A program made the position numbers and the translations under genes. From Coniocarpon cinnabarinum (lineage: Eukaryota): 64,000 nt of DNA. How positions within the stretch are numbered: position 1 is the stretch's first letter; every line of letters begins with the position of its first letter. Positions 24,601 through 35,512 of this stretch are shown here, piece after piece. The DNA is taken from assembly GCA_051942205.1 (NCBI GenBank), contig JAVECO010000007.1:186001-250000 (forward strand), read 5' to 3'. The notes under the pieces were generated by a model, which saw nothing but the letters and a program-made list of their open reading frames with translations, made no database searches and was not told where the DNA came from.

Positions 24601-27600
24601 CGGTCTTGGATCTCGTTCTCATCCGGCTCTGATTGTGGCGACTCGTAACCTGGTCCGTTGTTCATCGAGCCACTGGTCGGAGGCAAATTCTCCTTCGCTC
24701 GTTGCTCTTCAATGATGTCAAGTATGAATCTTACCGCCTTTCTGGATTGATAGTAGATGAAACCACGACGCTGACTGACTTGGTGAAGATATCGTAGCAT
24801 AATGTTACGTAGGGAATTTGTCCACTTGATGTGAGCATTGTGAACGATGAAACGATTGTTGAAATCAGTCACGTTATCGCCCTTAGCTGAAGCCTCGATC
24901 AAGTTGCTGATGTTTCGGCCGGTCAATAGTGACTCATCCGTTTTCGTGCGTTTGAAAGTTCCCTTAGGTCCGGGAGATTTCGTGGTCGACTCTGGATCCA
25001 GATAGTCCTCGTCGTTGGACCTTCTGTGCTCTAGATCTTCAAGGAGTCCTACTAGAAAGGTCCGTTTCGCGAGAAGAATATCGCTATGCTTCTTGAGCTC
25101 GTCAAGGCGGGTTTGATTAGTATCCTGGTTCTCTGTTTCTCGAACAAGTAGGAGCTCTTGTTCTCCCACATTGCGGTGATGTTCTGCGAGAAATTCATCA
25201 ATTGTTTGTATCCGGTGCCTCACAAGCTCCATTTGAACTTCGTGAGCATCACCTCCTGACACAATGTAACAGGCATGAGTCGGCTCTTGCCCAAAACGAC
25301 TGTGCCGGTTCTTGTCGCCCGAGATTCTGTCCTCATGATCCGTGTTTCTCCTGTAAGTGAAGCGAGGTGCAAACGCGAGTGGTAGGATTTTAGTTTGCGG
25401 ATCGGCGTCTTCGGGGAGTGTCCAATCAACTTCCACGAAATCGTCGATATCTATCCAGCTGAGATCATTGTCCGGAATCGTGAAAGCAGAAACATCGACG
25501 GGTCGACCATTGGACTGCGCAAACTCTGCAAGTCTAGGTGAGGAGGCCTGAGTCACTACTTCATTGCCGGCCCCATTGATTTTCGCGGATAAAGCTCGAA
25601 TGTCCGCGGACACAAGGTCGAGTAGCGCCTGGTTGATGCGCAAGCCGCTTGTAGTTACGACCTTACTGGCCCCTGCAACCTCCGACTTGAATTCTTCACG
25701 TCGTTGGTGTATGTCTAGCATGAAACTGTCCAGACGCAATTTCAATCCAGTCGCAGATATCTCATCTTCAGACTGGGCGTACTCCTCCGCCTCTTTGTGC
25801 TTGTAAACATGGCTCAAGAAAAGGGGTGATAAGAGCAGACTGTACTTGATTGTTGCGACGTGCCGGCCAAACTTCTTACCCGGTTTCTCTACACCGGGGA
25901 AAAGGCGACCTTGATGCACTGGTAAAGACATGACGCCAGAGAACATGCCCCACCAAGCAAAGAAATGTGTGAAAAAGCGAGGTGTCAGATGTACAGAGTT
26001 GTAATTTGACGCAGCAGGCTGCTCAGAAGATCTCCAGTCACGATCTGCTGGAGCTGACATGGCAATTGACAGATGCAGATGGTCACTTCTAAATCCTCTG
26101 AATGCATCGTAGGACTCATTACCTTTAAGAGACTTGACGTGCGAAGGATTTTTCAGGGTGACGTCGTAATGTGGTATGAAATCAAATGCTCTATTACCGC
26201 TTGGGTTGTCTCGCTCGAAGACAAGCCCGGCTTGCCAGCGAACGCGACCTGAGAGTTTCATGATGACTTTGGTGAGGTAGCTTCTATCACGTTGGCTGGA
26301 GAAACTTGAGCCTCCAGCAGCTTGTCCTGCGACTAGTTCTGGAGATTGTCGTGCAAAGTGCTTGAAGTCAGGAATGGCTAGCACATAGTCACCGCTATCG
26401 ACAGTCATGAACTTGCAAGGGTCGTCTTCTTGATGTATGTTCCATATCACATTGTTCCGCCATATCATGACGAATCCGGCACCGTATCCTGTTACAACGT
26501 AGGGATCCCGCGTGCCCTTCAGCATCAGATGTACGTCTCCATCGCCCTTCCATGCGACGTTGATACGGGAGTGGAAGCTCAATCGGATCTTATCCCAGAA
26601 ACCGACTCTATCGGAAGGATCAATCTGGGGCTTTGTGAACCCCTCTATGACTTGCATCATATCCTGGATGGCTGCCTGATACGACGCTCCCCAGGTGATG
26701 CGCGTATCCCGAGCAGTGTTGATCTCCATCTTGATGTCTGAATACGTCTTCACCGGCGACACCGTTCTACGGACATCGATAGCGAAGCCCCCTTTCTGTT
26801 CGTTGAGGTGAAATTTGTCAGCGGGCACAACAGTGATGGCCATGTCGCGGGTAGACTCATAACCACGGAACTCCTCTGCAATGACAAAATCAGTCTTCAA
26901 AGACCAGCTGGGTAATCTGGGCGACTGCCCGGGTTTTATCGAAGGTATGTGAAGGAGAGATAGAGGATAGTCCCTGAGCGACGCGCGACACTCGCCCATC
27001 TCAAAATGGGCGTGAAGTGGCATTAAAAGAGAAAACTTGGTATCTTTCGGTAGGCCTTTGCCGACTGAATGCAGGAAGTCCGGGCATCGTGCAATGGGGA
27101 ATGATGGTTTGTCAATGGTGACGTTCACATCGCTTATAACGACACCCAAGAGGGCAGGCCGCTGTGGAATATGGAGAATCGTCTCTTCGTGGTAAGCGTC
27201 TTCCGGAAGATTGTCAAGACCCCAGAGAAGCGCACGAAGCTCGGCTATTTGACCATACTGTGTATTCATCGTGGCATCCACTCGCTTCTTCCAACTCTCT
27301 GCATTGTATTTCTGCAGCTTCTCCCAAGCCTCGTGACGAGACGTAGTGCTTGTTTCAGAGAAGCCGCATCTGCCCTGATTATCATAGCGCATACTGGTGT
27401 CAAACCCTTTTGCTCGGGCACGCTCATCCGAGCGTCGGTCTTCATGGTTCTCATTGGCTTCATCTTCGGCGTTGTTCCTAGATCTTGATCTATGTCGGTC
27501 CACAGAGACAGATCCAAATCGATTGGCTCGCTGTGCCTTAGTCGAATTGTCAAGGCTTTGGCACTTTAGACGATACGCCTCTTCGCGCGCTAGACGTTGC

Positions 27601-30600
27601 TTTTGCTCGACAAGACCAGCACGAAAGATGACGCCAATTTTCCATTCGAACGCGCTGTCCTCGAGCTCGAATAGGAGTACATGAGTGCGCACGGATATCC
27701 TTGGGACATGCTTGGGCCCTTCAGGTCCCTTCGCAAGAATGTATTCGTCCGTGTTGGTCCGGAACCGATGATGCATCTGTTGTGCAGCTTTTGCCACATT
27801 AACAAAATTGTCAAATATCTTGTGGACAACCAACTGATGCGGAACACCGATTCTAATTGCATCTGATGCAAAGTCGTACGACCGTTCCGGCACACCGACC
27901 TCCACTCCGTGGTGCCGACGGCGATGGTCGCGCACATCGATTCGTGGGCTCTTGATGGAGAAGACCCTGCTCCAGGCTGATTTAATCATCGGGGCCTGCG
28001 AATACAGTCGTGCAATCTGTGCCTTTGCATATGGATTCAGATACCTGTGTCGGGCGGTCTCGAGGTCAAAAAGATGAAGCATCATCATAGGATCTGAGGG
28101 CATCTCCGCTTTGATCTGTATGAAGTTAAGCTTCGCATCGAACATCACAAAGTCCTCCAGTGGACGTGACGTATTTGAGGCAAGTCCAGCTTGCTTCTCC
28201 TTGATGGTCGAATCACCTGATGGATCATCTTTGGCGGAGAATGTGTGGGCTCTGAACGTCCGATTAAGCATTACGAGTGCGACGGCGACACAGTAATGTC
28301 GAAACAGCGAGTATTCGAGTTTCATGCTCTTAATCAAAGACATGACATGCAATACGGAACCACTGCCGTCTGCAGTAGCCGTCAGGGTAACTTCCGCCTT
28401 TGGTACTTGGACGAAAGGTGACTGTTCCCAATTGTGAGTTCCTTCAATGATGAACGATTCAAGTCCCTTGAAATGAATAGCAAGTCGACGTCCATTCGTA
28501 TCTGCGTTTGGCTTGCGAAACGAAGGCTTCCCAGAAGGCGACTTTGCGACATCAGGTATGTCTGCCTGACTGAAACTCCTACTCCCGACTCGGCGCTTTG
28601 TCTGAGGTTGGGGCCTCTCACCATGCCATTTAGTTTTGTACTCTGTTGACCACGACTCAAGATGAACTGCAAAGCCCCTGGGTTGTTGAGAAAGCCGTTT
28701 GTCGAGGCCTGCAAGCTCAAAATTGCAGTCGCTCGCTTCAATGGTGAAGTGATAGAGCCAAGAGGGAACGGCTCGCAGCATGTTTTGGGTTTTCCGGCGC
28801 GGAGGCTGTTTGAGTTTCTCAACGTGGACGTTGGACCTGGCTTGTCGCAGGATTTGACGAATGCCTTTAGTAATTTCTGCTCGAATGAAGAACAGCGAGA
28901 ACGTTTTGAAATTCGTATGTATGTTGATCTGCACATCTGGAGTTGCTGACACCTCTGCCCTTAAGTGAATAAGGTCGTTGACCAGTAAGTCATGTCTAAT
29001 TTTTGAAGCAGTCTGGTAGTAAAGTTTGTGAGCATGTAGCCGTAAATTCGATGAAACGTAATATTGGGAACTAGCGTCCGTGGAATGTGAGGCTTGGATG
29101 TCGAGGGAAAGCGAGGACGTGTTTGAAATGAGGAGGTCGAAGTCGAAACCGTTGGGATCGACATCTTCAATTGTAGGGAGTGCCACACGCACGACAGGCT
29201 CCTGAATCGAGAGTGAAATACTCGCTTTCGGCAAGAAGCGCGAGAAGAATCTTTGGCTGTGTGAACGGACATGTCCAGGAGATGCGTTTCGCTGCGATAG
29301 TGCCAGCATGAGCGGCACATGTCGAGGCGCAAAATCTAGGGAAGGCGATGTCATTACAAAATTAGCATAGAGTACATTAGCGTTGCGGTCGGCAAGATCA
29401 TCAGTCGTGGCAAATTGCAAGAGCTTTGCAGGTAGGGTCGTTTTGATAGTTGCGGTGGTCATGGGAACGTAAAGCAATCGCTCCGGGTGCGCTTCGCTAT
29501 CGTCAACGCCAATCGACAGGGAAATGGCGGACAAAAGAGCTTGGTGGGCGACGTCCTGACGCGAGAAATACATGGCATGGGCGGGAATCTTAGAGTCCAG
29601 GCGATATAAGTCTAGCCCAAATTCTTTCAGCGACATGCTCAAGTATGTTGGTTTGCCCGTCGGTTGAACGTCCGCAATCTGTTTTGACATGCCAAAGAGG
29701 CTTATGGCAATAGACACCTCTCTGATGCCCCTCAGAACTGAAGCTATAAATTCTTGAGCGTCAGCGAACATCTGCACGGTCCTTTCATCGGCAATGAAGG
29801 CATCTTGCTGGACATCAAAACTCCTGTCGACCTCTGGAGAAATCGGCGTGGAGATGACCATAGATCGCGCTTGTCTGACCGTCGTCAAGCAGTTCAAGAT
29901 CTCATCATGGGGAACGTTGAGGCGTCCAACCTTGACAAAAACAGCTGCGTCCCGGAGGCCCTCTATGTCCTTGTGAAGGAAGCCGTGTACGTTGACGACG
30001 CAATGATCAAGTACTTCCAAAGATTCATGTCCATGGGGTTGAAATAAGAGGCTTCGGACTCCAATGCTCCATTCCGCAGGCCGTTGCTCAAGCTTCTTCG
30101 GCCGGGAGTGAACAAAGAGTCGACTGCGGTCTACGCTGCGTGTTCCGGCTTCAACCGACAACTGCAAATTGCCAACGTGAAGCGTCCCAAGGCCAGGTAG
30201 AATGATCGAAGACGTTGTTGCGACTAGGTCAATTGACTGGAGCCAGCCGATTCCGTTGTGAAGCCGTTTTACCAGATTTTTGACATGCATCAGCGTATCC
30301 CAAGTCTTCCCGCGCTTCTTGCTTGTACTCTTTTCTTTTCCCTCATCTTGATTTGGTGGCAGAGCATGGCCATTCGCCTTGTTCTCTTCTTGGCCTTGCG
30401 AGAAAGAACGACTCTGTGATCTAGAATCGGCACGCTTCACCAGTCTCTCCGGGTCTATAGTGATTTGCAGCTCCCGAACGACAATGCTGAGCCAGGTGCG
30501 TTGTGAGAGAGTGGGTTGATGGATCCCCAGGGCGATCTTCCGCACATCGATGCGAACTCCGTCTTTCCACAAGATTGAGACGCGACAGAGACTGAACCAG

Positions 30601-30716
30601 CCTATCCGTTGGATAGATATACCAGTGGCCGCGCGCAGAACCCCCAGTAGAACAAAGTGACAGAGGTAAAGTAAGACAAACGACCCCACCACAAGAGAAA
30701 GCGTGGGCAGTGCCAT
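21633..30716 (-). CDS. FMP27: Bridge-like lipid transfer protein FMP27/Hobbit (BLTP2/KIAA0100 family)
   Basis: 3027-aa ORF with N-terminal TM anchor, GFWDKIR, SWPPWVP, YDAFRGFRS and an Apt1-like C-terminus (YRNKTWSNLDLALALKKDII). Confidence 0.95.
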   Translation of the reverse strand: MALPTLSLVVGSFVLLYLCHFVLLGVLRAATGISIQRIGWFSLCRVSILWKDGVRIDVRKIALGIHQPTLSQRTWLSIVVRELQITIDPERLVKRADSRSQSRSFSQGQEENKANGHALPPNQDEGKEKSTSKKRGKTWDTLMHVKNLVKRLHNGIGWLQSIDLVATTSSIILPGLGTLHVGNLQLSVEAGTRSVDRSRLFVHSRPKKLEQRPAEWSIGVRSLLFQPHGHESLEVLDHCVVNVHGFLHKDIEGLRDAAVFVKVGRLNVPHDEILNCLTTVRQARSMVISTPISPEVDRSFDVQQDAFIADERTVQMFADAQEFIASVLRGIREVSIAISLFGMSKQIADVQPTGKPTYLSMSLKEFGLDLYRLDSKIPAHAMYFSRQDVAHQALLSAISLSIGVDDSEAHPERLLYVPMTTATIKTTLPAKLLQFATTDDLADRNANVLYANFVMTSPSLDFAPRHVPLMLALSQRNASPGHVRSHSQRFFSRFLPKASISLSIQEPVVRVALPTIEDVDPNGFDFDLLISNTSSLSLDIQASHSTDASSQYYVSSNLRLHAHKLYYQTASKIRHDLLVNDLIHLRAEVSATPDVQINIHTNFKTFSLFFIRAEITKGIRQILRQARSNVHVEKLKQPPRRKTQNMLRAVPSWLYHFTIEASDCNFELAGLDKRLSQQPRGFAVHLESWSTEYKTKWHGERPQPQTKRRVGSRSFSQADIPDVAKSPSGKPSFRKPNADTNGRRLAIHFKGLESFIIEGTHNWEQSPFVQVPKAEVTLTATADGSGSVLHVMSLIKSMKLEYSLFRHYCVAVALVMLNRTFRAHTFSAKDDPSGDSTIKEKQAGLASNTSRPLEDFVMFDAKLNFIQIKAEMPSDPMMMLHLFDLETARHRYLNPYAKAQIARLYSQAPMIKSAWSRVFSIKSPRIDVRDHRRRHHGVEVGVPERSYDFASDAIRIGVPHQLVVHKIFDNFVNVAKAAQQMHHRFRTNTDEYILAKGPEGPKHVPRISVRTHVLLFELEDSAFEWKIGVIFRAGLVEQKQRLAREEAYRLKCQSLDNSTKAQRANRFGSVSVDRHRSRSRNNAEDEANENHEDRRSDERARAKGFDTSMRYDNQGRCGFSETSTTSRHEAWEKLQKYNAESWKKRVDATMNTQYGQIAELRALLWGLDNLPEDAYHEETILHIPQRPALLGVVISDVNVTIDKPSFPIARCPDFLHSVGKGLPKDTKFSLLMPLHAHFEMGECRASLRDYPLSLLHIPSIKPGQSPRLPSWSLKTDFVIAEEFRGYESTRDMAITVVPADKFHLNEQKGGFAIDVRRTVSPVKTYSDIKMEINTARDTRITWGASYQAAIQDMMQVIEGFTKPQIDPSDRVGFWDKIRLSFHSRINVAWKGDGDVHLMLKGTRDPYVVTGYGAGFVMIWRNNVIWNIHQEDDPCKFMTVDSGDYVLAIPDFKHFARQSPELVAGQAAGGSSFSSQRDRSYLTKVIMKLSGRVRWQAGLVFERDNPSGNRAFDFIPHYDVTLKNPSHVKSLKGNESYDAFRGFRSDHLHLSIAMSAPADRDWRSSEQPAASNYNSVHLTPRFFTHFFAWWGMFSGVMSLPVHQGRLFPGVEKPGKKFGRHVATIKYSLLLSPLFLSHVYKHKEAEEYAQSEDEISATGLKLRLDSFMLDIHQRREEFKSEVAGASKVVTTSGLRINQALLDLVSADIRALSAKINGAGNEVVTQASSPRLAEFAQSNGRPVDVSAFTIPDNDLSWIDIDDFVEVDWTLPEDADPQTKILPLAFAPRFTYRRNTDHEDRISGDKNRHSRFGQEPTHACYIVSGGDAHEVQMELVRHRIQTIDEFLAEHHRNVGEQELLLVRETENQDTNQTRLDELKKHSDILLAKRTFLVGLLEDLEHRRSNDEDYLDPESTTKSPGPKGTFKRTKTDESLLTGRNISNLIEASAKGDNVTDFNNRFIVHNAHIKWTNSLRNIMLRYLHQVSQRRGFIYYQSRKAVRFILDIIEEQRAKENLPPTSGSMNNGPGYESPQSEPDENEIQDRIQQLLNDGKKFVDADDINASEGSRSRSVANQADQHVAHGFVVQNTYHVRLVAPQIQFQSQKNAKSAVLLTARGIRLKVYQIMDEERLSDEVSGLVQRRFTSEMENTQFFVTHKQSASFDFLHMYSDFTYGASLASSWPPWVPLEVVFDFDIGSFESHGFSRVVQKTSASLRYDKYNQLRLKYNDDVNDDYGARSRRPGILDSSMDHLWIDFPRLRALCDSTQYYAIYTIVVDLLMYSDPLEKTRNEKLEKIMLASDFSDLRGAPEMLVSLQERIRQLEEIKTHFHINERFLDRKGWQDRITLEKDITKCEEELFFIMKAITSSQRRTDDKAGDSQVTGTLRYDLSSEEIVWHLTREAKKPLAEFQLRNATFERVDNSDGSNTNMIEIDKIHGLNLLDTAIYPDILTPYKASLSDEGLKMLRVNWHMLDAVAGIPVVDTFEVNVHPIQVQLEYETGRRLFEYIFPGKGTGESGQSPFMVKHQLHEDDEEDDLEQAVQADSRRQSLKDAVRNPAMTTTPLDNSTGAGRLEYRLTPTHILPDRKHTSMKASHSSSKLHKAGLAFNKNSHDFRKLFRDTDTRSSAKSEALSTKPSNESLRAATARAKNRSNNIQSASSDKVTKADKYGRLSGVAKSTRSASVDSRKSRARSKERRKGSKERSDDLTKMLNRASSYMSLVYVKLPSVALCLSYKGRGNRNFEDIHNLVFTLPTIEYRNKTWSNLDLALALKKDIIRALISHTGTIIGNKFTHHKHFKGQQQSKLREQATRSAVLSSSHTDLAHYDGSAADSVYGLYDSSRTSIDTDAVTPSPRFSDVTESDVPTGRPSYASTSRSMRDLASSSYASSLAPTPESPEEGVEDADSDMEADDSRPPTPKIHVQSASQDFDAPVGDNESSHSNLQGALGTIKGGRFALQRGLSELTHRAHFRKSDYAETVTSPTGSRRGSFKGSNKEAFGGGASQEATEEVEDAKAGPASAFTPKSTFKRILKRSN

Positions 30717-31294
30717 TCCGTCCGGGCCATCGGTCGCATTAGGATGATTCAGGGTATTGAAGGTATACGAGCCATGAGAGCGTGCTGCTGCACCGCAAAG
30801 ATGCTATAGCCTCGAGTAGCATCGGTCTCGTTGAATACTGCGACAAGATGCCAAGCGTAGCTTAAAGACAACGCGGCGGCAACTGGATGCGGGGTTCGGA
30901 AGCAGGTATCGAGATTGTATGTGTAGAAATGATAGTTGTAGACGCTTCGACGGCAAGTTGATGGTGCCTCTCAAGTTCCGGAAATCCAGAACAAAGGTGA
31001 ATGATGCCTGCGTGGCTGGCTTTGGAGTTCGGAATGGGAGACCAGATCACACGTCCCACTTGGGTTTAGCGCCATATCTCGACGATCCAAAAGGCCAGGG
31101 GGGACCATGCTGGCAGCGAACAGTGCCTTCTTGCTACCTCGGGGTCTGTGAGTGTTCATAAATGTTCTCTAGATGATAGAATACGGGCCTAGATTTGAGA
31201 ACCTCGAATTTGATGTGAGTCTTGCTCTTCGTGTACTTCTACAGGGTATCATGCGCCAATAGCTATGCGATCTATAAACCTCCAAGTCTGCACT

Positions 31295-33061
31295 TCAACG
31301 CCTCTTCTTCCCAAGGATGCGCTCAATGCGCTGGGTATCTTTTGTAGCAACAAAATATTCTCCTCCAGCTGCAGACCAGCTCACGCAGCCAGACCAAAAC
31401 TGCTTCTTCTCCACCTCCAAGGTTCCTTGCACGCTCTCCCTTCTTCGTTCATCCAGATGCCATCCTTCTGGGACAAAGCTCTTCAAACTCACGATCCTCG
31501 CGCCGTCTTTGAGATCTAGGAAGAGCCTCGTCAATTGATCGTTCACTTCCGCTGGAAAGATGTAATTGTTGACCAGTATTACATCAACGCGTTGAAGAAT
31601 AGCGCCAAGCCTGGTGTCCTCCAGGAAATTTCCTGACAGCAGATTTGTCGTGCCATGTGAAACGCCCCACATCCTGCAGCGCTTGTTGAATTCTGCTTCC
31701 TGTTGGCGCGCGAGGTTGCAGCACTCCTCCATTTCCTCGATGCCATGACTCTCGCAGCCAATCTCGAGAGCGGCTTGAAGCACCACGTTTCCAACGCCTG
31801 AGCCCAAGTCCAAGAAGACCGAAGAGCTGTCCATCCTCGTTTCACGGAAGACATGTGAATTGAATGGAGCAAGGAGCTCTCCGTAGACGTTCCTACTCCA
31901 CTGCTCCGGAGCTCTCTTGACAAGATCCACGTTTGGACTGACGATGCGAGCAGTGATTTGGTCGAGAATGCGTTGTACCATAGGCAGAGGGATCGCGAAT
32001 GCGCTGTCAAGTGTGCTTTGAAGGACGCCGTTCCTTCGCTCTGCTTTGAGCAGACTATTGTATTCTTCAACAACGTTTCTATACTCGTCCCAATTCCGTC
32101 GGTTCAATGCTCTCGTAAGACGATAGGGGTAGCCTGATGCCTCGTCAAGATGTTTGCGCGAATCGTTGATTGGGAAATAATTTTGCAAGACATGCCTCAT
32201 AGTCTCGCAAATGTCGTCATGCGGGTTATAGTCTTCTTTCTTCGGCCTCTTTATCAGGAAACGCTCCTGTGGGCCAGCAGAAGGATACGTCAGGTCAATG
32301 GCGTGCTCACCATCTTCAGGCACTTGGAAAATGTCCGCATAGTCTTTCAAGGCAATACCCGTCAATAAGTCTGAGCCGGCTTTTGCATCGAACGGCCTGA
32401 ATGCACTGTCTTCTGACCAACAGCTCGTATCTCTGATGCTTCTGCCCGAACCAGAATGTGGCTGCGAAGACAGCTTGGGCTTCTTGGAGGTGATTGCGTT
32501 GTTGCTTTCGGTGTCACTCTCGCCTTCGCTGTCGGAGCCAAAGGCTGGTGTAACTGGGCTGGAGGATTTTCTTTTATGGTCATCGCGCACTGCTGTCACG
32601 CGGCGCCGAGTCCCCAATCTCTTGGTGGAAGAGCTGAAGCAGAATACGTTAGCACCACAGTAGCTAAAAAGCAAACGTTTCTTATGGCCCAACAGTCAAC
32701 AGCCCATTTCTGAAGGATTTGTCGAACTGACTGGCATGGAAGGTACTTCGGAAAGGCGAAAGCAGGGAAGCGTCAAGATTTTATGTTCTTACCTAACAGC
32801 TCGAACCACATCACCAGGCCGCGACAAGGCACGCGAGGAAGGTCGTTGCGATTTAGCGACATCGCCTGGACGAGACAGCCTACTCGCCGGCGGACGAACC
32901 GCCTTGACCACGTCACCTGGTCGCGACAAACGACTGGCCGGGGGTCTCACAGCTGTCGGACGCGATTTGCTTGTTCGAGGACCGTTTGATGGGTGATGAG
33001 TGTCTCCATTTGGTTCGGTGCTGGCGGCGGGAGGGCGATCAGGGCGAGATGAGAGAGGCAT
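31295..33061 (-). CDS. DOT1: Histone H3K79 methyltransferase DOT1
   Basis: VYGEL, FLDLGSGVGNVVLQAAL, GIE, VILVNNY, LKDGARIVSLKSF, VSW. Exon 1 (33061-32793) joins through a phase-2 intron 32634-32792 (GTAAGA...GCTAAC...CAG); ~535 aa. Confidence 0.9.
32795..32953 (-). repeat. Coding tandem repeat, 3 x 51 nt (17 aa), in DOT1 exon 1
   Basis: AVRPPASRLSRPGDVVK / AVRPPASRLSRPGDVAK / SQRPSSRALSRPGDVVR / AV. Confidence 0.85.
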
Positions 33062-33424
33062 GGCGAACACCGTACTAACAATGAGGAGCGACTTGACGTA
33101 TGGTAGCGAATGAAAGCAACTGGAGCGGTTTCATGACGTTGTGGTGCTGTTGAAAACAGACTGGCCGAAGATCTACAAAGAGAAAAAATTAGGCTTCAAG
33201 TAATCTGCAGCGCTATAAACCCCTGCACGCTAGGCGCTTCTTCCCCAGAACTTCGCCCAAGCTCTGGCGTGGCGTCGCGTGGCTTTGATGACACGCAATG
33301 CCTGTGCCTCATCTGAATCCCCACCTGTGTACTCAATGCCTGCCCATGTTGGTGTTGGAGGGAATCTAGTATTTCCAGATACTCACTATCCCGTTCCGTA
33401 GCCTCGACTGGCGCATGCGCCAGC

Positions 33425-34043
33425 ATGGACGCGTCTGAGCCTTCTCCAAGAGCTTCCATACCCTCTGACGAGGACACCCCGTTTGAGGTTCGCGGATGGA
33501 TCATCTCGGTGCTCCTTGCTTCTCCTGCGCTCTGCAGCGATGAGGAAGCAGAGACTCTTGCCGGCAAGTTTCACGGTACTGGCTTGGACCTGAAAACGGC
33601 CACCATTGGTGACCTGCAAAGTCCGAGCTCTCTAGGCATAAAAGCTGGCTTGAGGGTTTTTGAAAGGATTCAAAATTCGCAGAGCGCTGTTAGTCCACTT
33701 CGAGGATCCCCGACAGTGCCTTTGCTGACTGGCGGGAGCATAGTGGGAGAGCGTTTTGAGCTCCGTTCGCAAAACGACAAAGGCTTGGGGATTGGACATC
33801 ATCCCCGTAAATGCTGGGTCCGCGACGCCCTCCCGCAAAGGCTCTGTGGCTCCAGACCTCGTTACTGCTGCACCCGAGGACGCTGTAACTGAAGCCAAGA
33901 CGCATTCACGGCAGAACAGTCGAGGGAGTGTTGTCAGCGTGTCTGGAGACTTAATGCCGGATGTGAGGAAGAATTCCACTCTTGACCTAACAGACGGGTC
34001 CGAAAACCAGGTCAAGAGACGAAGAAGCTCTACGCATGAATGA
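33425..34043 (+). CDS. Hypothetical ~187-aa protein with SAM-like N-terminal domain
   Basis: Phase-0 intron 33689-33743 (GTTAGT...GCTGAC...TAG) joins ORFs 33425 and 33756. SAM-like pattern EVRGWI...AGKFHGTGLDL...DL...LGIKAGLRVFERIQ. Confidence 0.65.
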
Positions 34044-34394
34044 ACGGTGACCCCATGAGACGCGCGATGCACAAAGCTTAATTGGACAGAGCGCATTACT
34101 GTGTCGTGGATTTCGAGACAGTGGCCTCGTAGTAAAGTATTTGCTGCACCAAAATTTAGCGTCTGATAAGTTACAGTGTGCTTCCACAGCTATACTCATG
34201 ACTCTATGGCCCGAATCGTTATCATCGTAAAGTCTCATCGCCTAGACTCAGATCCGGCAACGACTTCTGCCCATGACCATTGAGGCTGCCTCCATCTTCT
34301 CGATTTGAGGGTTTTCTTCTAGCTTTCCTGCTGCTAATGCTCATCGATCGTATCTTACATGTGGCTCGTTTCCTTCGTAAACGCGCATGTAGCT

Positions 34395-35512
34395 TTACTG
34401 CGCCAACGCTGGTGATTCTTTCTGCATCTCACCGGTCAACGCGCTTTGACCAACTCTGTTGAACAGCTTCTCTTTGATCTCGGCAGCCATGAGCCCTGCT
34501 TCTTCTTCAGCTTGGATCTTATTGCCGGCCATCACTATCTTTTCTAATTGCGCGTCTCTTGCATGGCTGCTGGCTCCTGGGCGAATCATAGGTCCTCCTC
34601 TCGAACCATGAGCCGCAGCGCGTTCCGCTTGCTTGATCTTTAGGCCCAGCTCCGCGATTTGTTTAGTTCCATAGTCGCGATTAGTGAAGAGCGGGCTAGA
34701 CGAGACAGTTGACACCCAATACTTGTTCCAGAGCGCTTCCAACAGCTGTGAGTCCAATGTTGACTTGAAGTGTGACACCTCAAGCGAGTAGTAGCGTGCG
34801 CTGTGCGCCCCAAAATCCTCCATCTTCGCAAGGGGGATCGTTTGGAAGCCCTCGGCATCGGTTTCCGCATCAGCGCCCTCTTCTTTCTTGTAGTCGTCGG
34901 GATATGTACGAAAACCACCTATCTCGACCTTTCCCGCGGAGATGGTTCGATCTGGATCTATCACCACCGCACAAAACGGATCTTGGAACATCTGCTGTGT
35001 ATGTTGGGTAGTCACATCAATGCCTGAAAGCCAGCAGCCATAGCCAGGGTGACTATGGTACCACCCGACGGCGTTTTCCATTTGTCCTGATTCTCTTGCA
35101 CGCACTAAGAAATTGACCATGTACTCGTTTGCTTCGTCCTGCGCGTTGACCCTCGTCTCTGTGCCCTCCACAGGTAATCGAAAGGCATCTGTAACTATGA
35201 TAGAGTCGCCCGCGACGTAGCCTTGCATCAGGCCCATCACCTCAAGTTGACCTCCAGTTCGAGCATGCATCACCATCTTGATAAGAGCGACTGCTGAAAT
35301 CCGCACGTGCTTGAAATGATTCGGATCTTTCCTCCATGGCTTTGCTTCGTTGATTTTCTTTTGCGCATCGGCATCATGGCGATACAGTCCATCACGGTTG
35401 CTGTCAACCAGTCTCACGGCGTTTTCAAGCTCTGATGGAAATCATCAGCTTCTATACATTCCGGTTCAGAATTTTGAAACCCATTACCCCAGGTTTTGAG
35501 TGAATTTGACAT
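34395..35512 (-). CDS. RRI1: COP9 signalosome subunit 5 (JAMM deneddylase)
   Basis: MSNSLKTW with intron 35432-35487. MPN+/JAMM motif [31 protein letters not shown]. Confidence 0.96.

Noticed and set aside
21647..30047. Many 60-180 aa antisense or alternate-frame ORFs inside FMP27 and other long genes
   Set aside because: Expected shadows of coding sequence; no motifs.
32634..32792. Possible stwintron in the DOT1 intron (internal AG followed by TCAGT or TACCT)
   Set aside because: Two-step excision would remove one extra base and frameshift DOT1; the simple intron keeps the frame.
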